Part shown: positions 5,877 through 13,622 of the stretch, piece after piece | Numbering within the stretch: the stretch's first letter is position 1 | Layout of the letters: each line of letters starts with the position of its first letter | Assembly (NCBI GenBank): GCA_964405825.1 | Contig: CAYOPI010000002.1 | Location: 32,728 to 96,727, forward strand | Length of the DNA: 64,000 nt | Reading direction: 5' to 3' | Source: an uncultured Opitutales bacterium | GTDB taxonomy: Bacteria; Verrucomicrobiota; Verrucomicrobiia; Opitutales; JBHJGM01 | Notes under the pieces: generated by a model | The model's input: only the letters and a program-made list of their open reading frames with translations | What the model was told of the DNA's origin: nothing | Database searches by the model: none | Position numbers and translations under genes: made by a program

Positions 5877-7550
5877 TCAGTTCTTCCAGTCACTGCCCAC
5901 CACAAACTCGTCGTTGGACTGCCGGGGCGAAAGGGAAAGGTCGTTGCTGGACGGTACCGGCGCGCCGGGTTGCAGGCTGAAGCCGGCGGGGTCGCCGCCG
6001 CCGGCAGCGATGACCTTCGGCTCCTGGGCCTGGCCGCCGCCGTTCATGATGCCAACGAGTCCGGTAACCACACCGCGCAGCGACTCGATTTGAGCCTCCA
6101 GTTCGGAACAGGCCGAAGCGGTTTCCTCGGCGTTGGCGGCGTTGGTCTGGGTGGCACCGTCGACCTGGGCAACGGCCTGGACGACCTCGCGCAGACCGTT
6201 GGACTGCTCGTCGCTGGCCTGCGTGACGGAGGTCACGAACTCGTTGACGGTGGCGACGGTTTCCACGATGCGCTCGATCTTCTCGCGCACGTTCGTGCAA
6301 AGGCTCACGCCGTGTTCGCTGCGGGCGCTGGCTTCGGTGAGCAGCGAGGAGGTGTCCTGAGCGGCCTGGGCCGAGCGTTGCGCCAGAGCGCGAACCTCGT
6401 CGGCCACAACCGAGAATCCGGCACCGGCTTCACCGGCCCGGGCGGCTTCAACGGCGGCGTTGAGGGCGAGGATGTTTGTCTGGAAGGCGATCTCGTCGAT
6501 CGTCTTCATGGTCTTGGCGATCTGGTCGCTGAAGTCCTTGATGGCGACCATTGCCTCGCTCATCTCCTCCATGCCGCTGGAGCCTTCGCGGGCGACGTTG
6601 CTGGCCTGTTCGGCCAGTTCAAGGGCCTTGCGCGCGCTCTCGCTATTGCGGCCGGCCAGTCCGGAAATCTCGTCCACCGAGGCGCGGGTTTCTTCCAAAG
6701 CGGCCGCCTGTTCCGAACAGCTGTTGGCGAGCGAGGAACTGGCGCTGGAAATCTCCGAGGTGGCCGCGTGGGATTGATCCGAAGCGCTGTTGAGGTCCTC
6801 GATGGCGCGTCCGAGCGGCAGGGTGACGGCCCTGCGCACGAGCAGGAAGAGCCCACCGCAGATGAGCACCACCACCGGAATGGCCCACAGCAGGACCTTC
6901 CACATGCCGGCCTCGGCCACGGTGTCGATTCGTTCAAGGTCGCTGGTCAGGATGAAAGCACCACGCATGTCGCCGACCTCCCAGTTCTCCATGGCAAAGC
7001 CGAGGATGTCCTTGCCGTCGCCGGTCGGGCTGGTCGCCGGGTCACCGTGGCAGAAAAGGCAGTCCTGAGTGATGAAGACCGGGCGCGCGTAGGTGACGGC
7101 GTTGATGTCGTCGCGTTCGATGAAAATCTCCTTCTCGCCCTGCTCGAAGCGTTGCAGCAGCTCCGCCTCAAAGGCGTCGGGGCGGTTGTCATGATTGCGC
7201 GGGCTCTCGCGGACCACGCGGAAATTGAAGTCCTCCTCTTCGGCGACTTTTTCGAGCCCGCGCCACGCCGCCACCACGGGGACGGTGTTGTAGAAGCTCG
7301 TGGAGCGGTAGTCGCCGTTGGCCTGGTCGAGTTCCTTGGAGAGGTGCTCGATATCGAAAGCCTTGGCCTGGGCCAGTTCGGAGAAAGAATCGCGGACGGA
7401 CTCGGCCTCGATCAGTACCGAGCGCATCTGGTTGTGGAGCTGGTCGACGCCCAGGCCGTGGATGACGTTGCTCTGAACGACGAGGGCAACAGTGGTGGTG
7501 AGGGCGACCGCGCCCACGGCGCTGGCGATAATCTTGGTACCCAGGTTCAT
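5877..7550 (-). CDS. methyl-accepting chemotaxis protein with CxxCH-containing periplasmic domain
   Basis: 557 aa. TM1 is [19 protein letters not shown] and TM2 is [20 protein letters not shown]. The MCP signalling hairpin reads [38 protein letters not shown]. The periplasmic part contains [16 protein letters not shown], with the CLFCH codons at 7047..7061. Confidence 0.9.
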   Translation of the reverse strand: MNLGTKIIASAVGAVALTTTVALVVQSNVIHGLGVDQLHNQMRSVLIEAESVRDSFSELAQAKAFDIEHLSKELDQANGDYRSTSFYNTVPVVAAWRGLEKVAEEEDFNFRVVRESPRNHDNRPDAFEAELLQRFEQGEKEIFIERDDINAVTYARPVFITQDCLFCHGDPATSPTGDGKDILGFAMENWEVGDMRGAFILTSDLERIDTVAEAGMWKVLLWAIPVVVLICGGLFLLVRRAVTLPLGRAIEDLNSASDQSHAATSEISSASSSLANSCSEQAAALEETRASVDEISGLAGRNSESARKALELAEQASNVAREGSSGMEEMSEAMVAIKDFSDQIAKTMKTIDEIAFQTNILALNAAVEAARAGEAGAGFSVVADEVRALAQRSAQAAQDTSSLLTEASARSEHGVSLCTNVREKIERIVETVATVNEFVTSVTQASDEQSNGLREVVQAVAQVDGATQTNAANAEETASACSELEAQIESLRGVVTGLVGIMNGGGQAQEPKVIAAGGGDPAGFSLQPGAPVPSSNDLSLSPRQSNDEFVVGSDWKN

Positions 7551-7761
7551 AGCAATGCAGTCAGGTCGGATTCAGGGGCCGGGAGAGCACAGAGACAGCC
7601 TCACCGGGCACGCTCTTACATCGACTGAACAAGCACTCGCCTTATCAAAGGCCGGGTAAAAAGTTTGCTAAGCGTCCGCATTAGCCTTACTAATGGGCCA
7701 ATCGGAAGCCAACTACCCTAAAACCTTGGGCCGCAGGCTCTCAGGGCAAATCCGCGAAGGC

Positions 7762-7998
7762 TCAACCCTGACGGCGCGCCCCGACGGCACGACGCGGAAA
7801 GCGTCCCTGGCGGGTGGACTCGACCGCCTCCTCGTTGCTCTGGCGAACCGAGTCGTACAGCTCCTTGCGGTAGACGGAGATCTCGCGAGGGGCCTTGATG
7901 CCGATCTTCACGACGTCGCCCTCCACCTTGGTGATTTGAATCTCGATGCGCCCGTCGATGACGATGGCTTCCTCGACTTTGCGTGAGAGCACGAGCAT
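7762..7998 (-). CDS. csrA: carbon storage regulator CsrA
   Basis: 78 aa. [48 protein letters not shown], followed by a roughly 30-aa C-terminal extension. It lies immediately downstream of fliW. Confidence 0.9.
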   Translation of the reverse strand: MLVLSRKVEEAIVIDGRIEIQITKVEGDVVKIGIKAPREISVYRKELYDSVRQSNEEAVESTRQGRFPRRAVGARRQG

Positions 7999-8057
7999 GT
8001 GCGACCTTCCGTGGATGAGCCTGAAGTGTAGCGGTACTCCGGTGTGCTGACGGCCGG

Positions 8058-8501
8058 TCAGCCTTCCTCCCCATCACTCTCGAAGAGTTTATGGCGGGCG
8101 GAGTAGTTCTGAAAGTTTCCGATGACCACCTGCCGCGCACGGCGGGAGCGGCGGTTGACCACGATGGGGCCGACCAGGTTGAGGGTCACCGCAACGGTGT
8201 CGCGCTCATGGATGGTGGCGATGTTGAGCAGGAGTACGTCCTCGGGCTTGTCGATGCCGAGGAACTCCAGATCGCTGTCGAGGATCTCGGGCTGGTAGCC
8301 CACCACCAGCGGACCGGGCTCGACGATGAGCAGGGTCAATCCGCCCGGGTCGGTGTCGCGCAGTCGTAAAAAGGGCAGCTCGGCCTCACTGAAGATGACC
8401 TCAGCGCGCCTGAGTTCGGGGAAGCCAATGATCCCCTCGGGCAACTCGACGATACTGGTGTCGAGCGCCGCACTGCTTTGTTCGATGTCTGCAGTCGCCA
8501 C
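8058..8501 (-). CDS. fliW: flagellar assembly factor FliW
   Basis: 147 aa with a GTG start. FliW pattern: [19 protein letters not shown]...PFLRLRDTD...LTLLIVEP...YQPEI...NLVGPIVVN...RARQVV. Confidence 0.9.
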   Translation of the reverse strand: MATADIEQSSAALDTSIVELPEGIIGFPELRRAEVIFSEAELPFLRLRDTDPGGLTLLIVEPGPLVVGYQPEILDSDLEFLGIDKPEDVLLLNIATIHERDTVAVTLNLVGPIVVNRRSRRARQVVIGNFQNYSARHKLFESDGEEG

Positions 8502-8554
8502 ACAAACCTACTCGGAAAAGGCCGTATGGCTTTAAGCAGTTTTTTTACGCCGGC

Positions 8555-9454
8555 TCAAATATAGTTGAGCAGCGACAGGTTCATGATCTGCGCGCCGCTC
8601 TGCAAGGCAGCCTCGTAGGCGATGGAGGTGCTGTTGAGTTGCACGAGGGTTTCGGTGAGGTCGGCGTCGACGTGGTCGGAGATGGTCGTTTCGTAATTGT
8701 AGAAGGCCTGCTCGCTGCGCTTGGAGACAATCTCGAGCGTGGTCAGGCGCGAGCCGATCAGCGACATCTCCTCGATCAGAACGTCTTCCTGCACACGAAT
8801 GTCCTGCTGGGCGGCCTGAACACCGGGGATGTCCTCGTCGGTAAGGGCCTGACGCAGCGCCATCAGGTTGTCCATCGCATCGACCAGAGCGGCGTTGGTG
8901 CTGGTGCGCGAGTTGGGCGAAAAGTCCTGGGTCTCAGTGATGCGGAAGGTGGGCAGATTGGTCGTGTGGCCCACATAGGTGGCGGTCTTGATGAGGCCGT
9001 CGGGGTCGGGGCGGGTCACCTCGAAGGGCGCGGTCTGCGTGGCCGTGCCCGCGTGCAGGTACTCGCCGAGGTAGGTGCTGTTGGCCAGGTTGACGAAGTC
9101 CTCCAGCATCTTGTCGACCTCGATGGCGTAGGCCGGGAAGCCGTCCTTGGAGGTCAGCCCGTTGGCTTTGACCGCGATTTCGTCCGCGCGCAGAAGAATT
9201 TCCTGCATACCCTCGATGCTGTTGAAGGAGGCATTGCTGACGGCCTCACCGCGGGAGATGTTGCGGGCAAACTGCTGGATCTGGTCCTTCTCGCCCTGCA
9301 GCTCGAGCGCGCGCCCGACGGCCGCCGGATCCTCGGAGGCGCGGAAGACGCGCTGCCCGGTCGCCGCCTGGTTCTGCAGGGTCAGCTGCTTGTAGTTGAG
9401 ACGCTCCAGCTGCGGCAGGAGCATGTTGTAGTAGCTGCTGTCAGGAACGCGCAT
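8555..9454 (-). CDS. flgL: flagellar hook-associated protein 3 FlgL
   Basis: 299 aa. It has flagellin-type N-terminal (TGQRVFRASEDPAAVGRALEL) and C-terminal (LNSTSIAYEAALQSGAQIMNLSLLNYI) helices and lies directly after flgK. Confidence 0.85.
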   Translation of the reverse strand: MRVPDSSYYNMLLPQLERLNYKQLTLQNQAATGQRVFRASEDPAAVGRALELQGEKDQIQQFARNISRGEAVSNASFNSIEGMQEILLRADEIAVKANGLTSKDGFPAYAIEVDKMLEDFVNLANSTYLGEYLHAGTATQTAPFEVTRPDPDGLIKTATYVGHTTNLPTFRITETQDFSPNSRTSTNAALVDAMDNLMALRQALTDEDIPGVQAAQQDIRVQEDVLIEEMSLIGSRLTTLEIVSKRSEQAFYNYETTISDHVDADLTETLVQLNSTSIAYEAALQSGAQIMNLSLLNYI

Positions 9455-9484
9455 ATCAGAAAATGGTTGCGGTCAAGGGAGAGG

Positions 9485-10909
9485 TTACCGCTTCAGGTTG
9501 ACGACGGTTTCCAGCAGGCTGTCGATGACCGAGATGACGCGGGCGGAGGCCTGGAAAGCCCGCTGGTACTTTACCAGATTGGCAACCTCCTCATCCATCG
9601 AGACGCCCGAAATCGAATCGCGCTGGGTGCGCACTTCGGCGGTAACGAGGCTCTGGGTCTCCAGCTGGTTCTGCGCGCTGAGGGTGGCGGAGCCGACCTC
9701 GGCCGCGATGTGCGAGGCATACTCGCCAAAGCGTCCGGTGAAGGATGGACCGGTGGCGGGCGCAAAGGTGACCTCAAGCTCAGTGAGCCTGGCGGTATCC
9801 AGAATGAGGGTGGCGTCGCTGGCGTCGCCGCTGGTGCTGGTGCGAAAGTTCGTGGCCAGGTCGCTGTCGAGGGCGATGTTCTGGGCGGTCACCCCGGCAA
9901 AGCTGAAGAAGTCGTAGTCCGGGTCGGCCCCCGGGTTGTAGGTGGCGTTGACCCGCGCAACGAGTTCGGCGGCGAGTTCGTCAAGCTGGGCGGCGGTCTC
10001 GGCCGCCTGCCCGTTGATCACGCGACCCGTACCGAGGATGCTGCCACGCGTCAGGGCGACGTTCTGCCCGCCAAGCTGGTAGGTGCCCACGTTGACGAAG
10101 GTGAGCGTGTCGACGACGTCCTGCCCGTCAACCGCCACCAGATCGGCGCCGGTACCGACCTGGGTCAGGACCACCTGCATGTCGCCGTCGCTGCCGACGG
10201 TCTTGAAGTCGACCAGTCCGGCGAGTTCCTCCAGGGCGGCCTGGCGTTTGTCACGCAGGTCCACGGCGGACTCGGGCTGGTGCAGTTCGAAGCGCTTGAT
10301 CTGGCGGTTGAGGTTGGCGATCTCGCCGAAGATCGCGTTGACGCGATTCACGTCGTTCTGGATCACCGTGGTGGCGTCGGCGATGGCCTGGTCGATGCGC
10401 GCGTCGGCCGAGCGGAACTCGTCGACCAGCGCCTGGGACTTCTCAAGCAAGAGGCTCTGCTGCACCGGGTCGGTCGGATTGGCCGCGACCTCGTCCAGGG
10501 CGTTGAAAAAGCGGTTGATCGCACCGGTCAGGCCCGGGCTGAGGGCCGACTCGCTGGTGCCGTCGACGGTGCTGGTGGCGTCGGAGCGATCGATCAGCTC
10601 GCCCAGAGCGGTCTCCAACTGGCGGGCAGTGTCGTACTCGGCCTGCAAGGCGCTTTCCAGGCCGATCTCGCGCAGGAGCGCGGCATCCAGCAGGCGGTCG
10701 CGGCTGTGAGAAAGTCCCTCGACGGTCAGGCCCATGCTCATCGAGCCGAACTCGGTCTGGACTGAGCCCAGGTTGGTGATGTTGGGCCGCTGACGGGCGT
10801 ACTCGGGATTGTTGACGTTGGCCAGGTTCTTGCCCGTCACTTCCGCGCCCAGGCTATGGACCTGCAAGGCGCGGGCGTTGGTGCTTAAGGCTGAAAAGAG
10901 TCCGGACAT
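9485..10909 (-). CDS. flgK: flagellar hook-associated protein 1 FlgK
   Basis: 474 aa. N-terminus: LQVHSLGAEVTGKNLANVNNPEYARQRP. C-terminus: GVSMDEEVANLVKYQRAFQASARVISVIDSLLETVVNL. Confidence 0.9.
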   Translation of the reverse strand: MSGLFSALSTNARALQVHSLGAEVTGKNLANVNNPEYARQRPNITNLGSVQTEFGSMSMGLTVEGLSHSRDRLLDAALLREIGLESALQAEYDTARQLETALGELIDRSDATSTVDGTSESALSPGLTGAINRFFNALDEVAANPTDPVQQSLLLEKSQALVDEFRSADARIDQAIADATTVIQNDVNRVNAIFGEIANLNRQIKRFELHQPESAVDLRDKRQAALEELAGLVDFKTVGSDGDMQVVLTQVGTGADLVAVDGQDVVDTLTFVNVGTYQLGGQNVALTRGSILGTGRVINGQAAETAAQLDELAAELVARVNATYNPGADPDYDFFSFAGVTAQNIALDSDLATNFRTSTSGDASDATLILDTARLTELEVTFAPATGPSFTGRFGEYASHIAAEVGSATLSAQNQLETQSLVTAEVRTQRDSISGVSMDEEVANLVKYQRAFQASARVISVIDSLLETVVNLKR

Positions 10910-10936
10910 GGCAAAGAAGTTTGAGGGAGAGCCGCC

Positions 10937-11455
10937 CTAGACGGTGCCAAGGACACGGCCGCCGCCGTTGACGGGCCCGCGCTGGTTCATCTGACCCTTG
11001 CGGGAGTAGGTGCGCGTGCCGGCATCGGGCTGAATCAGCCGGACGATCTGCTCGATGGTCTGGATCGCCCGGGCGAGCAGAATCTGGTTCTGGCGGGCAC
11101 GTTGCTGCGAGCGCTCCAGGGTGCGGTTGATCTCGTCGACGAGGCCCTCGACCAGAGGGCGGCTGGCGACCGGACAAAACGGCAGCCACTCGTGCACAGA
11201 AGCGTCGTCCTCGAGGCCGGCTTCCAGGACGCATTCGCGAACCCACGCCTCGCGCTGGCTGCGCGTCTGCGCGGCCCGTTCGCCGGCTTCATCCACCGCC
11301 GAAACCTGCTCGGTCAACGCCTCGGGCCGGCGCGCCAGAATCTCGCTTTGCTGGCGGTTGAGCAGGGCAAGCAGTTCGCCGTAGCCCTCGAGTTCGCTGC
11401 GAAGCAAATCGACGAGGTGTTCGGCGCGGTCGTTCTGGGTCAGGGTTTCAATCAT
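10937..11455 (-). CDS. flgN: FlgN-like flagellar chaperone
   Basis: 172 aa, helical. HLVDLLRSELEGYGELLALLNRQQSEILARRPEAL resembles the FlgN family, and the position immediately upstream of flgK-flgL is typical. Confidence 0.55.
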   Translation of the reverse strand: MIETLTQNDRAEHLVDLLRSELEGYGELLALLNRQQSEILARRPEALTEQVSAVDEAGERAAQTRSQREAWVRECVLEAGLEDDASVHEWLPFCPVASRPLVEGLVDEINRTLERSQQRARQNQILLARAIQTIEQIVRLIQPDAGTRTYSRKGQMNQRGPVNGGGRVLGTV

Positions 11456-11799
11456 GGCAAAGGTGGCGTAGTGGATTCCGGGCCCGCGGACGGGCGAGCG
11501 AACTGTTGCTGGATAACCGAAGCGATACCGAGGCCGCCGCCCTGGCTCAGGCCCTGGGCGATGGCATCGGTGAGAAAGTATTCGTAGACGGCACCGCCGC
11601 TGCCCCCACCCATCGCACCCGTGAACAAGGGCTGGAAGGCGTTCTTGCTGATCTGACGCAGCAGGACCGCCTCGAACTGTCGGGCGGCCTCCGCCTGCTG
11701 CTGGGCGATCGAGTGGCTCCCATCCACGGCCATGGACTTGAGCTGGGCGGTGTCCAAGAGCGGCTGGACGGCGGGTAGACTGGCCGGATTGATTTCCAT
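11452..11799 (-). CDS. flgJ: rod-binding protein (FlgJ N-terminal domain only)
   Basis: 115 aa. AARQFEAVLLRQISKNAFQPLF...AVYEYFLTDAIAQGLSQGGGLGIASVIQQQF matches the rod-binding domain pattern. No muramidase or peptidase domain follows. There is an ATGA-type 4-nt overlap with flgN. Confidence 0.7.
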   Translation of the reverse strand: MEINPASLPAVQPLLDTAQLKSMAVDGSHSIAQQQAEAARQFEAVLLRQISKNAFQPLFTGAMGGGSGGAVYEYFLTDAIAQGLSQGGGLGIASVIQQQFARPSAGPESTTPPLP

Positions 11800-11818
11800 G
11801 GCGAGAAACGGTGGCGGA

Positions 11819-12958
11819 TCAGTTCAGGACGAGTTCGGCCTGCAACGCGCCAGCTTTCTTGAGCGACTGCAGGATGGACATCATCTCGCGCGTGGAGACG
11901 CCGAGGGCGTTGAGGGCGGTCGTCAGCCGCTCGATGGTCGGGTAGCTGGGCAGGACCTGGAAGCCGCCCTGCACCTCGGTCACGGTGACGCTGGCCGATT
12001 CGGTGACCTCGGTGGTCCCCTCGCTCAGGGGTGCAGGCTGGGAGACGTTCTCCTGGCGCGCGATGGTGATCGTGAGCGAACCGTGGCTGACGGCGACCGT
12101 CGAGATACGCACGTTGGAAGTAGCGACGATGGTGCCAGTCTTCTCGTTGATCACCACGCGGGCGGTCAGGTCGGGCTCGACGTCGATCTGACCGATGTCG
12201 GAGACGAACTGAGTTACCTGACCGGCGTACTCCAGCGGAATGTTCACGCGCACGATGGCGGAGTCGATCGGATCGGCTGTGCCCGGGAAAGCCGTGTTGA
12301 TGGCGTCGGCCACGCGCACAGCCGAGGTGAAGTCCGGGTTGAGCAACATGAACTCCAAAGCGTTGTCCTGGCCCAGACGCATGGGGACCTCGCGCTCGAC
12401 GATGGCCCCGCCGGGAATCGTGCCGACGGTCGGGTGGTTCTGCTGGACGGTTGCCCCGCCAGGGCCACCCACGCCCTGCAGGAAGCCGCCGATCGCAATG
12501 GGCCCCTGGGCCACCGCGTAGACCTGTCCATCGGCGCCGACGAGCGGGGTCTGCAGGAGGGTGCCGCCTTGAAGCGTTTCGGCATCACCGAGGGCGGACA
12601 CGGTCACATCGATCTGTGCACCGGGCCGGGAGAATGGAGGAATCTTCGCCGTGATCATGACAACCGCCACGTTGTCGGTCTTGATCGAGTCGGGGTCGAC
12701 GGTCAGCCCGTAACGCAGCAGCATGTTGGCCACGGCCTGGTCGCGGAAATCGATCTGGCTGTCGCCCGTGCCGGCGAGGCCGGTGATCAGGCCAAGGCCC
12801 GTCAATTGGTTGGGGCGCACGCCGCTGACCTCGGTCAGGTCCTTGATGCGCGAGCCCTCAACGCGGCTCTGCACGAAGACGAGGCCGCAGAGCAGGACCA
12901 CCAGAAGGAGGACCCCGGGAAAGAAGCGGTAGAGCGTCTGGATGATTGAAGGGGGCAT
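11819..12958 (-). CDS. flgI: flagellar P-ring protein FlgI
   Basis: An internal start in ORF 11819..13342 at MPPSIIQTLYRFFPGVLLLVVLLCGLVFV (signal peptide) gives 379 aa. Motifs: RIKDLTEVSGVRPNQLTGLGLITGLAGTGD, LQGGTLLQTPLVGADGQVYAVAQGPIAIGG, and C-terminal ILQSLKKAGALQAELVLN. Confidence 0.9.
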   Translation of the reverse strand: MPPSIIQTLYRFFPGVLLLVVLLCGLVFVQSRVEGSRIKDLTEVSGVRPNQLTGLGLITGLAGTGDSQIDFRDQAVANMLLRYGLTVDPDSIKTDNVAVVMITAKIPPFSRPGAQIDVTVSALGDAETLQGGTLLQTPLVGADGQVYAVAQGPIAIGGFLQGVGGPGGATVQQNHPTVGTIPGGAIVEREVPMRLGQDNALEFMLLNPDFTSAVRVADAINTAFPGTADPIDSAIVRVNIPLEYAGQVTQFVSDIGQIDVEPDLTARVVINEKTGTIVATSNVRISTVAVSHGSLTITIARQENVSQPAPLSEGTTEVTESASVTVTEVQGGFQVLPSYPTIERLTTALNALGVSTREMMSILQSLKKAGALQAELVLN

Positions 12959-12983
12959 CGTGGAGAGCCTGCGGTACAGGGAA

Positions 12984-13622
12984 TCAGAAGGGATTGACGT
13001 GGTCGTTGAAGCGCAGCAGCCAGCCCTTCTTCTGCGCTTCGGTGAGCGCGCCGGCGTTGAGGAATTCGAGGCGGGCGTCGGCCACTCGATCGGAGTTGAT
13101 CTGGTTGCTGGCGGAAATATCGGCCGGGCGCACGAGGCCGCGAAAGACCGCGTAGATTGTCTCGCCCGAGGTGGAGATGGCGCGGCTGCCTTCGACCACA
13201 AGCACGCCGTTGGGCAACTCGTCGATGACGACAACGGTGATGGTCGCCGTGAGCGTCTGGCTGTTGGACACCTCGCCGCCGCCGCTGTACTGGTTGTCGC
13301 CGTTGATGCTGGTGGCCGGCAGTTCGCCGTTGTGCGTGCCAAAGCCGCTGGCCGCCGTGGAAAAGAGCCACTGCGACACCTGGTTCTGAATCGAGGCGTC
13401 CTTGTCGGTGGTCAGGCGCAGGGTCGTGACCACGTTGCTGGTCTCGCTGACGATGACCGTCAGGATGTCGCCGCGGCCCGCCGCCTTGGGATCGGCGAAC
13501 ATGCTGCGCTCGCTGTTGGAGGCACTCATCCAGAGCGACTGCGCCGGCAAGGTAACCGGCGAGACCAGCGTGAGAGCCAGCAGTCGGCCTGCCTTAGAAA
13601 TGTACGCGCGCTTTCTTGTCAT
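12984..13622 (-). CDS. flgH: flagellar L-ring protein FlgH
   Basis: 212 aa. SMFADPKAAGRGDILTVIVSE...GGGEVSNSQTLTATITVVVIDELPNGVLVVEGSRAI...IYAVFRGLVRPADISASNQINSDRVADARLEF. The whole protein contains no cysteine. Confidence 0.9.
   Translation of the reverse strand: MTRKRAYISKAGRLLALTLVSPVTLPAQSLWMSASNSERSMFADPKAAGRGDILTVIVSETSNVVTTLRLTTDKDASIQNQVSQWLFSTAASGFGTHNGELPATSINGDNQYSGGGEVSNSQTLTATITVVVIDELPNGVLVVEGSRAISTSGETIYAVFRGLVRPADISASNQINSDRVADARLEFLNAGALTEAQKKGWLLRFNDHVNPF

Noticed and set aside
5877-5900. Checked the MCP C-terminus (…[10 protein letters not shown]) for a CheR/CheB-tethering pentapeptide.
   Set aside because: It does not fit the NWETF/xWxxF pattern: there is no terminal aromatic residue at the required position.
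7640-7670. Possible sigma-28 promoter upstream of the mcp gene (minus strand GCAAACTT-N11-TTTGATAA).
   Set aside because: Only 4/8 and 5/8 positions match and the CCGA core is missing. This is not distinguishable from chance in an AT-richer spacer.
8509-8534. Sigma-28-like TAAAGCCA-N10-TCCGAGTA immediately upstream of fliW.
   Set aside because: The spacer is one base short, and the -10 ends only 7 nt before the GTG start, leaving no room for a 5' UTR. It is probably a fortuitous match in the flgL-fliW junction.
8639-10765. 708-aa + strand ORF covering most of flgL and flgK on the opposite strand.
   Set aside because: It is antisense to two genes with unmistakable flagellar motifs. Its translation is Gly/Arg/Val/Leu/Asp-rich low-information sequence, typical of stop-codon-poor shadow frames in high-GC DNA.
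10934-10949. TGGCAC hexamer on the minus strand just upstream of flgK (reads TGGCACCGTCTAGGGC).
   Set aside because: The nearest GC is one position too far (GG-N11-GC), and the hexamer lies inside the last codons of flgN.
12123-12138. TGGCACCATCGTCGCT with correct GG-N10-GC spacing inside flgI.
   Set aside because: It lies within coding sequence, about 330 nt from the next start codon, and lacks the T of the TGC core. A handful of TGGCAC-N8-GC hits are expected by chance in 128 kb at this GC content.
12959-13342. N-terminal extension of ORF 11819..13342, which would give a 507-aa FlgI.
   Set aside because: The extension overlaps flgH out of frame and is Arg/Pro/Ala/Ser/Thr-rich. The FlgI signal peptide starts at the ATG at 12958.
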